DNA of 64,000 nucleotides from Deltaproteobacteria bacterium (GTDB taxonomy: Bacteria > Desulfobacterota > Desulfobacteria > Desulfobacterales > SURF-15): positions 10,155 through 74,154 of the forward strand of contig JAFDFZ010000016.1 of assembly GCA_019309565.1 (NCBI GenBank). The letters are read 5' to 3'. Under the pieces are notes generated by a model. That model worked only from the letters and a program-made list of their open reading frames with translations. It was not told where the DNA came from and made no database searches. Below, in pieces: positions 54,425 through 64,000 of this stretch. A program made the translations under genes and the position numbers. Position 1 is the first letter of the stretch; the number at the start of each line of letters is the position of its first letter.

Positions 54425-56179
54425 ATGAAAATGGCATTTGATATCGGGGGCATTAAAAGAACAACCAACGAAGTAGCCACACAAGAGAAAGGCAATGCAA
54501 AGACCGAGTCGTATTTCAGAAAGCTCCGATTGCGCCTCAAGTTAGGGCTGCTGGCGGCCTTTCTGATGCCGCTTGCTGCGCTATCTGCATATTTTCATTT
54601 TCAACTCGACGCGACTTTGAAAGAAAGCGGAAGACTACATCTGTCCGCCCTGGCTGAGAGCCAGAAAAACACCATCGATCTTTTTCTCCAGGAAAGGGTG
54701 GTCAACATCTTCCGCCTTTTTCACAGCGCTGAATTCAGCCTTTCCCCATCTGAAACGGATATGGATCGCTGCCTGCGAAACCTGAGACAGACAAGCGATG
54801 CCTTTATAGACGTGGGCTTTTTTGACCAAGAAGGCGTACAGATCGGTTATGCCGGCCCCTTTCCCTATCTCCATGGCAAGGATTACAGCCGGGAGGATTG
54901 GTTTAAAACCATTATGACGCTGAACCGAAATTACTATATCAGCGACATTTACCTGGGATTTCGAAACAAGCCTCACTTCACCATAGCGATCAAGCAGATG
55001 ATCGGCACAAAGCTCTATGTGATGCGAGCCACTCTAGACCCCGATAAGTTTTACATGTTTCTTCGCAATATCAGCAGAGGAAAGGGGGTTGACTCAGCTC
55101 TGATCAACAAGAAGGGGTATTACCAGGTGGTTGATCCGGACATGGGTAAACTGTTGGGGAAAAGCAAGTACTTACCATCAGGAAACGAACCTTCCGGGGT
55201 CGAAGAAATCACAAGAAATCATGACTCCATCCTGGTCGCATACGCCTGGCTCAAGGAAGCACCCTGGGTTCTGGTGGTCAGCCAGCCCTTCAGCTTAGCT
55301 TACGCGAAAATGTACCGGACACGGAAAATCATGATTGCGAGTACTATTCTGATCGTGGCGGCAATAGGGTTCGGGATCTGGATCGTAACCGACCGATTGG
55401 TTAAACGCGCCCAGGCAACTGTGGAATCAAGGGAGGAGTTACAGTCGCAATTGCTGCATGTCTCGAAGCTTGCATTGGTCGGTGAGCTGGCCGCAGGGAT
55501 TGCCCACGAAATAAACAATCCCCTGGCAATCATCGGTGCCACCATCGGGGTTATCAGGGACCTGTTTGACCCTCAATTCAATTTACCCTGGACTCCGAAA
55601 ACGATCGAACAGGAACTTACCATCATCGATTCAGCGGTGAACCGAGCCAGAAGCATCACTCAGCAGTTGCTGAATTTCTCGCGGAAAACCCCCCAACGGC
55701 TCATTTCGGGAAATGTCAACAAGATACTTGACGACGTGGTGTCAGGACTAATGGAAAAGGAGCTTGAGGTGGCCGATATCCGGCTGATCCGCGATTATGA
55801 CCCTGAGCTGCCGGAAATCCTTCTTGATCCTGACCAAATTGGCCAAGTTTTTTTCAACATTATCAAGAATGCGGCGGATGCCATTGAAAAATCGGGAACC
55901 ATCACCCTTTCCACCCGGCGGGATAACAAAACTGTCCGAGTAACCGTAACCGATACCGGTTCAGGTATGACCTCGGATCAGATGAAAAAAATATTCCTGC
56001 CCTTTTACACCAGCAAGGAAGTCGGAAAGGGAACCGGGCTTGGGCTCAGCGTCAGCTTGAGCATCGTTGAATCACTAGGAGGGAATATCGAGGTACAGAG
56101 CATGCCTGGCGCCGGAAGCTCGTTCACGGTGGTGTTGCCTGTCAGCAAATCGGAGGAAGCAAAAAATGGATCCAGTTGA
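54425..56179 (+). CDS. sensor histidine kinase (periplasmic Cache-like domain between two TM helices, HisKA, HATPase_c)
   Basis: H-box [13 protein letters not shown] box NIIKNAADA, and G boxes DTGSGM / GTGLGL. The extracytoplasmic segment carries the YYISDIYLGFRNKPHFTIAIK Cache-like signature. Confidence 0.88.
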   Translation: MKMAFDIGGIKRTTNEVATQEKGNAKTESYFRKLRLRLKLGLLAAFLMPLAALSAYFHFQLDATLKESGRLHLSALAESQKNTIDLFLQERVVNIFRLFHSAEFSLSPSETDMDRCLRNLRQTSDAFIDVGFFDQEGVQIGYAGPFPYLHGKDYSREDWFKTIMTLNRNYYISDIYLGFRNKPHFTIAIKQMIGTKLYVMRATLDPDKFYMFLRNISRGKGVDSALINKKGYYQVVDPDMGKLLGKSKYLPSGNEPSGVEEITRNHDSILVAYAWLKEAPWVLVVSQPFSLAYAKMYRTRKIMIASTILIVAAIGFGIWIVTDRLVKRAQATVESREELQSQLLHVSKLALVGELAAGIAHEINNPLAIIGATIGVIRDLFDPQFNLPWTPKTIEQELTIIDSAVNRARSITQQLLNFSRKTPQRLISGNVNKILDDVVSGLMEKELEVADIRLIRDYDPELPEILLDPDQIGQVFFNIIKNAADAIEKSGTITLSTRRDNKTVRVTVTDTGSGMTSDQMKKIFLPFYTSKEVGKGTGLGLSVSLSIVESLGGNIEVQSMPGAGSSFTVVLPVSKSEEAKNGSS

Positions 56180-58232
56180 GTCGAAGATGAGTGAAAAACC
56201 GGAAACAAAAGTCTTGTTGGTGGATGATGAAGACCAATTCCGCAAATCTTTGGCCCAGCAGCTTTCGGTAAGGGGATTTAAGGTGGAGGGGCTGAACAAT
56301 GGAAAAGACGCCATAAAATTTGTACGGCATGAAAATCCCGAGGTGGTGGTTCTGGACCAAAAAATGCCGGGTATGGACGGGATACAGACATTAAAAGAAA
56401 TAAAAAAAATAAGACCGGAGATCCAGGTGATTATGCTCACGGGCCACGGCAACACCGAAACGGCCAGAGTCACCGGCAAGTATGACGTGTTCTACTATCT
56501 GGAAAAACCGTGCAGTATCGATGAACTCATAGGCGTGATCGACGCGGCAAAGAAGGAGCGGGTTTACGCCCTGGCCCGGCATGAAATACCGGATGTAAAA
56601 AGAAGAGATCTGAAGCTGTGGCTTGTGGGCGCGCACAACTTTCGGCCCGGCCTGATTGCCCTGGGCATTATTCTTTTTACGGCGATTGCGGCCATGCCCA
56701 CTCCGAAAGGCCTCCTTGCGCTCGTCAGCCAGGAAAAATCCGGAACCCTTGGTGAAAAAATATCAGGATACTCCAACTACCGAAAAGTTGCACCCGGCCA
56801 GAATATTTCAGACTACTACACCTTCAAAACCGGATTGCATCAAAAGGTTAAAAAGCCGGATGGAACTGTTTCGAAAGTCCCTTTACGTCCGGAGCAGGTC
56901 GCTTTTCGGGCAAAGGTGATGATCGGCGTTTTACTCATCGCTGCGCTGTTCTGGGCGACCGGGGCTGTCCCTATCGGCATTACCGCGCTTTTAGTGGGTG
57001 TGATCATGTATTTCTTCGGAATCCTGCCGCCGAATCTGGTGGCTAAGGCCTATGCCAAGGACTCGGTGATTTTTATTTTCGGCGTGCTGGCAATGGCCGT
57101 TGCTATCGGTAATACCGGTCTTGACCGCCGAATCGGTCTTGTACTTTTAGGCACGAGCACCTCTCTTTCACGGTTCGCGTTTATCTTTGGACCGCTTCTG
57201 GCCATAACTGCCTCTTTTCTCTCCGAACATGCCCTGGTGGCGTTCCTGGCGCCGATATTGATTCTGGTTTATGGGGCTGCGATCCGGAGGGCAAACATTA
57301 CAAAAGATAAAAGCCTTGCGGTCATGATGCTTCTTATTCTTTCCTATTGCGGTAATGCCGGAGGACCGGGCTCTCCGGCAGCAGGCGGTCGCAATGCAGT
57401 TATGCTTGGTATTCTATCCGACTACGGCATGTCTGTCTCCTTTAGCCAATGGCTTAAAATGGGATTACCCTTCGTACCGGTAATGGCGCTTGTCACTGCT
57501 GCGTATTTTTTTCTGGCGTTTAAGAGAAAAATCAAGGTTAAGAATCTTGACATTGCTGAAGAGGTGAAGCGAGAAGCGGAAAAGATCGGCAAAATGACCT
57601 TTGATGAGTACAAGGCCGCCGCCGTGCTGGTGCTTCTGGTGGTGTTATGGGCCACCGCATCCGATCGGTTCGGAATGGGCGGTCCGGTACTGCTGTGTAT
57701 CGTCCTGTCAAACATCCTGGGCATTATCCGCTGGCGGGACATCAACAGCATCAACTGGGATGTTGTGGCCCTCTATGGTGCGGCCAGCGCCATGGGGTAT
57801 GGGCTTGCGATTACGGGGGCCGCGCTTTGGCTGGCCGACAGCTTCGTAGGTCTTCTTCCCGATTCATTGACCCGCGGCACCGGGCTTTTGATTTCCTGCA
57901 GTTTTATTACCGGTATTCTCACCAACTTCATGAGCGACGGGGCCACCGTGGCTGCTGTTGGGCCCATCACGGTGCCCATGGCCACGCTGTCCGGAACATC
58001 GCCGATCATGGTAGGGCTGGCGACATCCTTTGCGTCTTCTTTCGCTCATGTGTTGATCATCGGAACGCCTAACAATGCCATTGCCTACAGCATGGGGAAA
58101 GATCCGGAGACCGGAGAGCAGTTGTTGACCATGAAAGATTTTTTTGTCCACGGGTCCGTGGTCTTTGTATTGAGTCTTGGTGTGCTGTGGGTTTGGGTGT
58201 TTTGGGGGTATTGGAAATGTATAAGCATTTAA
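56166..58232 (+). CDS. fusion protein: N-terminal receiver (REC) domain plus SLC13/DASS-family anion:cation symporter
   Basis: REC: LLVDDEDQF ... VVVLDQKMPGMDG ... IMLTGHG ... LEKPC. The permease half has more than 10 TM helices and the SLC13 signature region SSFAHVLIIGTPNNAIAY. The gene overlaps the kinase gene by 14 nt. Confidence 0.85.
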   Translation: MDPVESKMSEKPETKVLLVDDEDQFRKSLAQQLSVRGFKVEGLNNGKDAIKFVRHENPEVVVLDQKMPGMDGIQTLKEIKKIRPEIQVIMLTGHGNTETARVTGKYDVFYYLEKPCSIDELIGVIDAAKKERVYALARHEIPDVKRRDLKLWLVGAHNFRPGLIALGIILFTAIAAMPTPKGLLALVSQEKSGTLGEKISGYSNYRKVAPGQNISDYYTFKTGLHQKVKKPDGTVSKVPLRPEQVAFRAKVMIGVLLIAALFWATGAVPIGITALLVGVIMYFFGILPPNLVAKAYAKDSVIFIFGVLAMAVAIGNTGLDRRIGLVLLGTSTSLSRFAFIFGPLLAITASFLSEHALVAFLAPILILVYGAAIRRANITKDKSLAVMMLLILSYCGNAGGPGSPAAGGRNAVMLGILSDYGMSVSFSQWLKMGLPFVPVMALVTAAYFFLAFKRKIKVKNLDIAEEVKREAEKIGKMTFDEYKAAAVLVLLVVLWATASDRFGMGGPVLLCIVLSNILGIIRWRDINSINWDVVALYGAASAMGYGLAITGAALWLADSFVGLLPDSLTRGTGLLISCSFITGILTNFMSDGATVAAVGPITVPMATLSGTSPIMVGLATSFASSFAHVLIIGTPNNAIAYSMGKDPETGEQLLTMKDFFVHGSVVFVLSLGVLWVWVFWGYWKCISI

Positions 58233-58259
58233 AGTTAATTTTGAATGAAGGAGAAAACC

Positions 58260-58748
58260 ATGTCGAAGGAAAAAATCAATCTTTTACTCGTGGACGACGA
58301 AGAACAGTTTCTGAGATCGACCACCAAAAGACTGGAAGTAAGGAACTTTAATGTCATTGCCGTTGACAGAGGCGATAAGGCCATCGAGGCTGCGAGGAAA
58401 CATCCCATTGACATCGCCTTGGTCGATTTGAAAATGCCTGGCATGGACGGAGAAGGGACCCTTAAAGCCTTGAAAGCGGAGCACAAGTGGATGGAAGTGG
58501 TGATTCTAACCGGGCACGGGTCAATCGATTCGGCAGTCGAGTGCACCAAGGGCGGGGCATATTCATACCTGCAAAAGCCTTGTGAGTTTGACCGCCTCCT
58601 TGAGACGCTTACCGAAGCGTATAAAAAAAAGGTCATGAACAAAATGAAAATACGCGAGGAAAAAATGGATGAATTGCTCAAAATGAGTGCCTCTGGCTCT
58701 ACGCTGGCTCTTCTGGAAAAGATAAAAGAAATGGATAAGGAAATATGA
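58260..58748 (+). CDS. single-domain response regulator (REC plus short C-terminal helix)
   Basis: LLLVDDEEQF ... ALVDLKMPGMDG ... VILTGHG ... LQKPC. Start is at 58260 (AAGGAG 7 nt upstream). Confidence 0.88.
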   Translation: MSKEKINLLLVDDEEQFLRSTTKRLEVRNFNVIAVDRGDKAIEAARKHPIDIALVDLKMPGMDGEGTLKALKAEHKWMEVVILTGHGSIDSAVECTKGGAYSYLQKPCEFDRLLETLTEAYKKKVMNKMKIREEKMDELLKMSASGSTLALLEKIKEMDKEI

Positions 58749-58759
58749 AGGAATAAGGT

Positions 58760-60457
58760 TTGAAAAACGATCGTTTCAGAAAAACCCGGCACATGATTCT
58801 GATTCGGGGGCTGAGTGCACCTTTCATCACCCTCATGCTGGTGTGTGGAATACTGGTGTACTATTTTGCCGCTTATTCACGCGAACAGGTGGAGACGAAA
58901 CTGGTACGGATCGCATCGGACCACAGCCAATTGATAGATCAATTTCTCGAGGAGAGAGCGCTGGATCTGCAATTTGCAGCTTCGTTTTGCAGTATCAAGG
59001 AAATATCCAAACAGGAGCGGCTGAGGTTACTCTTCCGCAACCTCATATCAAGATCTCGGGCGTTTTTCGATCTCGGAGTGTTCGATGAAAATGGAAACCA
59101 CCTGGCTTATGTCGGGCCTTATGACCTTGCCGGGAAGAATTATGCGGATACCGTATGGTTCAAGGCTGTTGAGCACACAGGACGTTATATTTCCGATGTA
59201 TTTTTGGGTTATCGCAACATCCCGCACTTCATCATAGCAATCCGTCGGGATGAAGGTGACCGGACCTGGTATTTGAGGGCCACCATGGATACGCTTTTCT
59301 TCAATGACCTTGTGGAGAATATCCGTGTGGGAAAATCCGGCGAAGCTTACCTTGTCAACCGGAAGGGCATATTACAAACCAAGCGCCGTTCAGGCGGCAG
59401 CTTAATGGAGCCGGATGTGGATTACGGTTTTTATCAGATCGACAATGATCGGAGTGTCTCATTTTTCACGGGCAAGCATTCGAATCGGCGGTATCTTTAT
59501 GCTGTGAGTTGTCTGAAACAGACCGGATGGATCCTGGTAATGAAACAGGAAGTGAGCGATGCCTTTGCTCCCTTAACCCGCGCGGTCCTGGTTGCGGTCA
59601 TCTTAATAGTGATTGGAGGTGCAGTGGCTGTTACAATGGCCTATATCCTGGCCTCGGGCCTGGCAAACCGGCTTACCCTTGCGGACATTGAGAAGCGACA
59701 GATGAAAACCCAATTGGTCATGGCCGGAAAGTTTGCAGAGATCGGAGAGATGAGCACGGCACTGGCCCATGAAATCAATAATCCACTCCAGGTGATGAAG
59801 GCGGAGCATATGTTGATCCAAGAACTCATCTCGGACGTTGAAAAGAGCACTCCGTCTCCTGATCCGGAGCCCATACGTATGATCAAAGACTCCGTGGAAC
59901 AAATCGATATTCAAATTGAGCGATGCAAGCGCATCACCCAGGGACTGTTGAATTTTGCACGCAAAACCGATGCCGTGATGAAACCTGTGAAGATGCAGGA
60001 ATTCCTGCCTGAAATGGTAAGGATGGTAGAACAAAAGGCACTTGTGGAAAATGTTCGCATCATCCAGAAACTCGATCCCGACATGACCGCGATCATAAGC
60101 GAACCAAACCAACTACAACAGGTTTTTCTAAACCTCCTGAACAACGCCATCTATGCGCTCAAAGGCAGGGATTCCGCAGAAATTCGGATCAATGTCTTTC
60201 GTGAAGACGCCTTCATAAACGTATCGATAGCCGACAACGGATGCGGGATTCCTCCGGAGAATATGGAAAAAATTTTCCTTCCTTTTTTCACCACCAAACC
60301 ACCTGGGCAAGGGACAGGTCTTGGGCTCAGCACGGTTTATGGAATCGTAAAGGGGTTGGGTGGGGATATTACAGTAACCAGTGAATTAAATACAGGATCC
60401 GTGTTTAACGTGCGCCTGCCGTTGAAACCGGCCGAGAAGGAAGAGAACAAGCACTGA
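58760..60457 (+). CDS. sensor histidine kinase, paralogue of 54425-56179
   Basis: Same architecture as the first kinase, including the Cache-like [21 protein letters not shown]-box [13 protein letters not shown] boxes DNGCGI / GTGLGL. TTG start. Confidence 0.85.
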   Translation: MKNDRFRKTRHMILIRGLSAPFITLMLVCGILVYYFAAYSREQVETKLVRIASDHSQLIDQFLEERALDLQFAASFCSIKEISKQERLRLLFRNLISRSRAFFDLGVFDENGNHLAYVGPYDLAGKNYADTVWFKAVEHTGRYISDVFLGYRNIPHFIIAIRRDEGDRTWYLRATMDTLFFNDLVENIRVGKSGEAYLVNRKGILQTKRRSGGSLMEPDVDYGFYQIDNDRSVSFFTGKHSNRRYLYAVSCLKQTGWILVMKQEVSDAFAPLTRAVLVAVILIVIGGAVAVTMAYILASGLANRLTLADIEKRQMKTQLVMAGKFAEIGEMSTALAHEINNPLQVMKAEHMLIQELISDVEKSTPSPDPEPIRMIKDSVEQIDIQIERCKRITQGLLNFARKTDAVMKPVKMQEFLPEMVRMVEQKALVENVRIIQKLDPDMTAIISEPNQLQQVFLNLLNNAIYALKGRDSAEIRINVFREDAFINVSIADNGCGIPPENMEKIFLPFFTTKPPGQGTGLGLSTVYGIVKGLGGDITVTSELNTGSVFNVRLPLKPAEKEENKH

Positions 60458-60483
60458 CGTTTTTATTAAAGAGAGAGGATAAA

Positions 60484-60930
60484 ATGGCGACCATAAAATT
60501 ATTACTGGTGGATGACGAGGAGAGGTTTCTAAATACGACCAAGATCCTTCTGGAAAAGAGAGGGGTTGTAACTTTTACCGCCACCAACGGCGCTGATGCC
60601 CTGAAAGTTATGGACGAACATCGCATTGACGTCGTCGTTCTGGATGTGAAGATGCCGGGCATCGATGGAGTGGAAGTGCTTCGCAAGTCCAAGCAAAAAC
60701 ACCCGCTGGTGGAGGTTATTATGCTCACCGGCCATGCTTCGGTGGAATCGGCTGTCGAAGGATTAAAACTGGGAGCCTTCGATTACGTTAAAAAACCCTG
60801 CGACATTTCCGATCTGATCGCAAAGGTAAACGAGGCGTATGACAGAAAACATGCCATGGAAGAAAAAATTCGCAAAGCACAAATAGACAAAATCATCCGG
60901 CATCCCATGGCGGTATTTGAGAAAGAATAA
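60484..60930 (+). CDS. single-domain response regulator (REC only)
   Basis: LLLVDDEERF ... VVVLDVKMPGIDG ... IMLTGHA ... VKKPC. Confidence 0.88.
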   Translation: MATIKLLLVDDEERFLNTTKILLEKRGVVTFTATNGADALKVMDEHRIDVVVLDVKMPGIDGVEVLRKSKQKHPLVEVIMLTGHASVESAVEGLKLGAFDYVKKPCDISDLIAKVNEAYDRKHAMEEKIRKAQIDKIIRHPMAVFEKE

Positions 60931-61009
60931 GCAATTTTCGGTTTGCTCCGGTATTAGGAAAGGCGGCTTTGAAGCGGACATTTTTTCGCGGAGAAAAGGA
61001 GAGTAGAAA

Positions 61010-62863
61010 ATGACCGAGGAAACAACGCGAAAGGCGACCGGTTACGATAAGTATGTAGATTGGAAACTGTTTAGTATCCCTGTGGCGCTCTTTTTTCTTA
61101 TTCTGATTCTACCCACCCCATATGGTATGAAGGATGTCGGCACCGAATATCAGGTGGGACCCAAAGCAGTGGTGAATCACATCACCCGGGCGCTCTTTAA
61201 CCAGGAGAGCCCCGATGTTGCGCAGTGGCAGCTTCTCACCGCCAAAATAATGGAGCAAAATATGCGGATGGGGGCGCTAAGCAAAGAAAGCTTTTTAGCA
61301 CGAAATTTAAAGTGGTGTAAAAAATACAAAATCCAGGCGGATGCCAAAAATCTTAAAACAGCACGCCGGTATATTACAGAAAATGTTGCCGATGAAGCCT
61401 TTGCCGACATTATGATGAAATCCCTTGAGCTTCGACGGGATAGACTCAAATACGAAAATTTGTCCGAAAGGGAAAAAAAGGCGGCGGACAAGGGCGCATG
61501 GCACATTAAAGTGGCCATTGCCATGGTGGTGTTTGTGGTCTTCTGTTTTCTGACGGAATGTATCCCGTTGCCGGGTGTGGCGTTTTGTGTGGGATTGATC
61601 CTGGTTTTTACCGGTGTAGTCACGCGAAGCGAAGTGGCCATGTTGTACTGGAGCGACGCCTGTTGGTTTATCATGGGCAGTCTCATGTTTGCAGCAGCCT
61701 TTGTGAAAACCGGTGTGGACAAAAGAGTTTGCCTGATCCTTTTCAGGAAACTGGCGGTTCCAAATGTGCGGTGGATTACCATGATCCTTTTCGTCATCAT
61801 TTCGCCCTGTGCGTCGTTTATTTCGGACCACGCCCTGGCTGCCATGTTTCTTCCCATAGGCATGCTTCTTTACCAGAACAGTTTAACCCGCGAGGTGCCC
61901 GAGGATCCCGAACTGGCCAAGATACTCATGATCACCATCGCCATGGCATGCAACATCGGCGGTTTCGGGGCTCCGTCGGGCGGTGCACGAAACGTGATCA
62001 TGATTACCTACCTGAGTGACATGTTCGGCTTTGATATCGGTTATTTTCAATGGGTCAGCTATGCCATACCCTTTGTTCTGATAATGATCCCCATTACCTG
62101 GCTTGTCACCAACTGGCGGTTTAAACCGATAGTGACATCCTTGACACCGGCCTTGGACCAATTAAGATATGAAATCAGCAGGATGGGCGGCTGGAATCGG
62201 AAGCAGATTATCGCCCTGGCGATTTTCCTGGTCATGCTGTGGGGTTGGTTCACGGAAAAGATCTTTTACAATCTCGGTATTTATCCGGTGCGCCTCGGCA
62301 TCGGTGTGATCGCCCTGGCCGGAGCGGTGGCTTATCTTCTGGCCGGTGTGGTGAACTGGCGGGATTACCAGGAAAAAGTGGATTGGGGCGTGGTCTGGCT
62401 CTACGCCGGTGCCATCATCTTCGGCCGAACCCTTGACAAGACAGGAGCGGCCTATTGGCTGGCCCGAACCTGCATCGACGCCCTGACTCCTCTGGGGATG
62501 GATTCCGGAATACCGTTGATGTTGGTAAATAACGGCCTGACCGCCTCCCTGACCAATTTGATGGCGGATGGTCCGGCAGCAGCGGCTGTGGGGCCCATTT
62601 CCCTGAATATGGCCGGTCTGGTTCACCCCGGAACCACGTTTCTTCCTTTCATGGCTATGGGCACCGCGGCTGCATCTTCCTTTGCCTATTGCCTGATCAT
62701 CGGGACCCCGCCCAATGCCATCGTCTATGCCAGCGGGTATCTCGAACCCAGGGACTTCCTCAGAATCGGGGTGATCATGTGGGTGATCGCCAATATTGTT
62801 TTGATTCTTCTAACCATGATATATTGGATAAATAGGGGGTTCGGGGATCTGCCGGGATTCTGA
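61010..62863 (+). CDS. SLC13/DASS-family anion:cation symporter (no REC domain), paralogue of the permease half of 56166-58232
   Basis: SLC13 signature SSFAYCLIIGTPPNAIVYASG. A ~140-aa soluble insert follows TM1, as in the fused paralogue. AAGGAG lies upstream of the start. Confidence 0.88.
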   Translation: MTEETTRKATGYDKYVDWKLFSIPVALFFLILILPTPYGMKDVGTEYQVGPKAVVNHITRALFNQESPDVAQWQLLTAKIMEQNMRMGALSKESFLARNLKWCKKYKIQADAKNLKTARRYITENVADEAFADIMMKSLELRRDRLKYENLSEREKKAADKGAWHIKVAIAMVVFVVFCFLTECIPLPGVAFCVGLILVFTGVVTRSEVAMLYWSDACWFIMGSLMFAAAFVKTGVDKRVCLILFRKLAVPNVRWITMILFVIISPCASFISDHALAAMFLPIGMLLYQNSLTREVPEDPELAKILMITIAMACNIGGFGAPSGGARNVIMITYLSDMFGFDIGYFQWVSYAIPFVLIMIPITWLVTNWRFKPIVTSLTPALDQLRYEISRMGGWNRKQIIALAIFLVMLWGWFTEKIFYNLGIYPVRLGIGVIALAGAVAYLLAGVVNWRDYQEKVDWGVVWLYAGAIIFGRTLDKTGAAYWLARTCIDALTPLGMDSGIPLMLVNNGLTASLTNLMADGPAAAAVGPISLNMAGLVHPGTTFLPFMAMGTAAASSFAYCLIIGTPPNAIVYASGYLEPRDFLRIGVIMWVIANIVLILLTMIYWINRGFGDLPGF

Positions 62864-62904
62864 TCCGGTACCTCATAGCCGGGATAAAAATGGAGGTAGC
62901 GGTT

Positions 62905-63057
62905 ATGGAACCAAAAAAAGGCGAACAAAGAATAAAGCGACCGGTTTATCAAAACGGTAAAATCTATTTTAACCGGGCAACCGAGCGGAAGTTTTTCTTT
63001 GCACTGACAATCATCATGCTGCTGGCCGTTGTCCTGACAAAGGCCGGGCTGTTTTAG
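62905..63057 (+). CDS. small single-TM protein (50 aa), not in ORF track
   Basis: ATG at 62905 with GGAGG at 62892-62896. Product: MEPKKGEQRIKRPVYQNGKIYFNRATERKFFFALTIIMLLAVVLTKAGLF. It starts 41 nt after the DASS permease stop. Confidence 0.4.
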   Translation: MEPKKGEQRIKRPVYQNGKIYFNRATERKFFFALTIIMLLAVVLTKAGLF

Positions 63058-63141
63058 GAAAGGGTAATACGAATAGAACCAAAAAAATTCACCATCGGAT
63101 TCTATTATCACACTTTAAGCAGCCTGCTCCGGCATCCCCGG

Positions 63142-63591
63142 GTGTTTTTCAGCCACCTGCCCTCTGACATGGGAATTTTGCCACCGCTTGGGTTTCTCTG
63201 CCTGTCCGGACTGATATTTTCTGCCGCCAGGCTGACCCTCACCATGCCGGCAAGCCCCCTGGTGTGGGGAGTCATTTGGCTGATCAATGCGGTTGGAATG
63301 GCACTGGTCGCAGCGGCTGTCGGGTACATGACGATGGTGATGATTTTAGGCAGGCAGATAACGTTCCAACGATTTTTCAGCGTCTACGCCCTGTCGGCCG
63401 GACTTACTCTGCTTGTCTCTTGGCCCCCGTTTTTTTTCTGGGTCACCGAATCCTGGAAATGGTGGCTCATCGGGGTGGGGTTGACAAGCGGGTTTGGCGT
63501 CAGACCGGCACAGGCAGCGTTGATCATCGGCACATCCATTGTTGTTATCGTGCTGTTTTTCCAGTCTCTATTAGCGGTTATTTCTTGTTGA
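63142..63591 (+). CDS. hypothetical integral membrane protein (about 4 TM)
   Basis: Hydrophobic segments run throughout. The start is uncertain (GTG 63142 or ATG 63169), and there is no clear Shine-Dalgarno sequence. Confidence 0.5.
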   Translation: MFFSHLPSDMGILPPLGFLCLSGLIFSAARLTLTMPASPLVWGVIWLINAVGMALVAAAVGYMTMVMILGRQITFQRFFSVYALSAGLTLLVSWPPFFFWVTESWKWWLIGVGLTSGFGVRPAQAALIIGTSIVVIVLFFQSLLAVISC

Positions 63592-63646
63592 AGGGGATAG
63601 TTCAATATTATTTAAAATGGTCAATTTAATATTGGAGGCATCCGTA

Positions 63647-64000
63647 ATGAGCGACAAAATAAGAGTATTAATGGTCGATGACGAGGCGCAGTTTCGGGCC
63701 ACCACCAGAAAAATCCTGAACAGAAAAGGATTTGACACTCGCCTGGCAGCCAGCGGCGAAGAGGCCCTGGAAAAGCTCCATGAAAACCCGGATGTGGTGA
63801 TTCTTGATATAAAAATGCCCGGTATGGACGGCCACCAGGTCTTGAGGGAGATCAAAATCCGCTATCCGGATCTGCCGGTCATCATGCTTACCGGGCACGG
63901 GGCGCTGCCGTCTGCTATGGAGGCTCTGGATCAGGGGGCTTTTGATTACCTGTCAAAGCCGTGTGACGTAAACCTGCTTGCCGCCAGGATAAAAGATGCG
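63647..64000 (+). CDS. response regulator, N-terminal REC domain only visible (runs off right edge; may continue into an output domain)
   Basis: ATG at 63647 (GGAGG at 63634-63638). MSDKIRVLMVDDEAQF ... VVILDIKMPGMDG ... IMLTGHG ... LSKPC; the frame stays open to base 64000. Confidence 0.85.
   Translation, partial: MSDKIRVLMVDDEAQFRATTRKILNRKGFDTRLAASGEEALEKLHENPDVVILDIKMPGMDGHQVLREIKIRYPDLPVIMLTGHGALPSAMEALDQGAFDYLSKPCDVNLLAARIKDA

Noticed and set aside
1-64000. I scanned for rRNA, tRNA, CRISPR arrays, transposase, integrase or phage genes, and classical defence-system genes.
   Set aside because: I could recognise none of these. There are no regularly spaced direct repeats, no tRNA-like GGTTCGAATCC arms in intergenic DNA, and no DDE, tyrosine or serine recombinase motifs. 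The only defence-like element is the HepT/MntA pair.

Overview
This 64-kb window looks like part of the chromosome of an anaerobic, sulfate-reducer or syntroph-type (Desulfobacterota-like) bacterium; that placement is inferred from gene content only.

- **0-4.4 kb:** a ThiF-like E1 enzyme, a HepT/MntA toxin-antitoxin pair, and an ArsR-type repressor with a C-terminal CC-X5-C site next to a Cys-pair-rich DUF318/ArsP-like permease.
- **4.8-22 kb:** an accessory-looking locus. It holds a corrinoid protein plus an MtaA-type methyltransferase, and three sulfatase-like paralogues whose formylglycine position is Thr. It also holds an NPP-type phosphodiesterase, a 746-aa protein of unknown function, an MBL hydrolase and a sugar-type ABC importer. 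The importer has no ATPase gene, and its binding-protein gene carries one in-frame TGA.
- **24.6-46.4 kb, minus strand:** one long redox gene string.
  - NuoE/NuoF-like diaphorase, a Cys-type FdhA, and a NuoG-like subunit without a catalytic Cys.
  - Group-3 [NiFe] hydrogenase small and large subunits plus the endopeptidase.
  - A response regulator and a histidine kinase.
  - A NarI-like/HdrC fusion, HdrB, a 1011-aa tandem HdrA with selenocysteine, a selenocysteine MvhD/FlxD, and FlxC/B/A.
- **46.9-52.6 kb:** hypABFCDE.
- **52.8-64 kb:** a duplicated histidine kinase / receiver / SLC13(DASS) permease module. In one copy the receiver domain is fused to the permease.

The strongest signal I found myself is a 26-nt dyad motif, TTTACA-N3-TGTAAAA(A/T)AAC(T/C)(C/T)GACA. 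It occurs four times, each 120-122 bp upstream of a textbook sigma-54 -24/-12 element, and no enhancer-binding protein gene is visible in the window.

Other signals are a diverged MITE-like repeat family (two copies), a perfect 25-bp inverted repeat, and a 51-bp nested palindrome. I recognised no rRNA, tRNA, CRISPR array, transposase or integrase.
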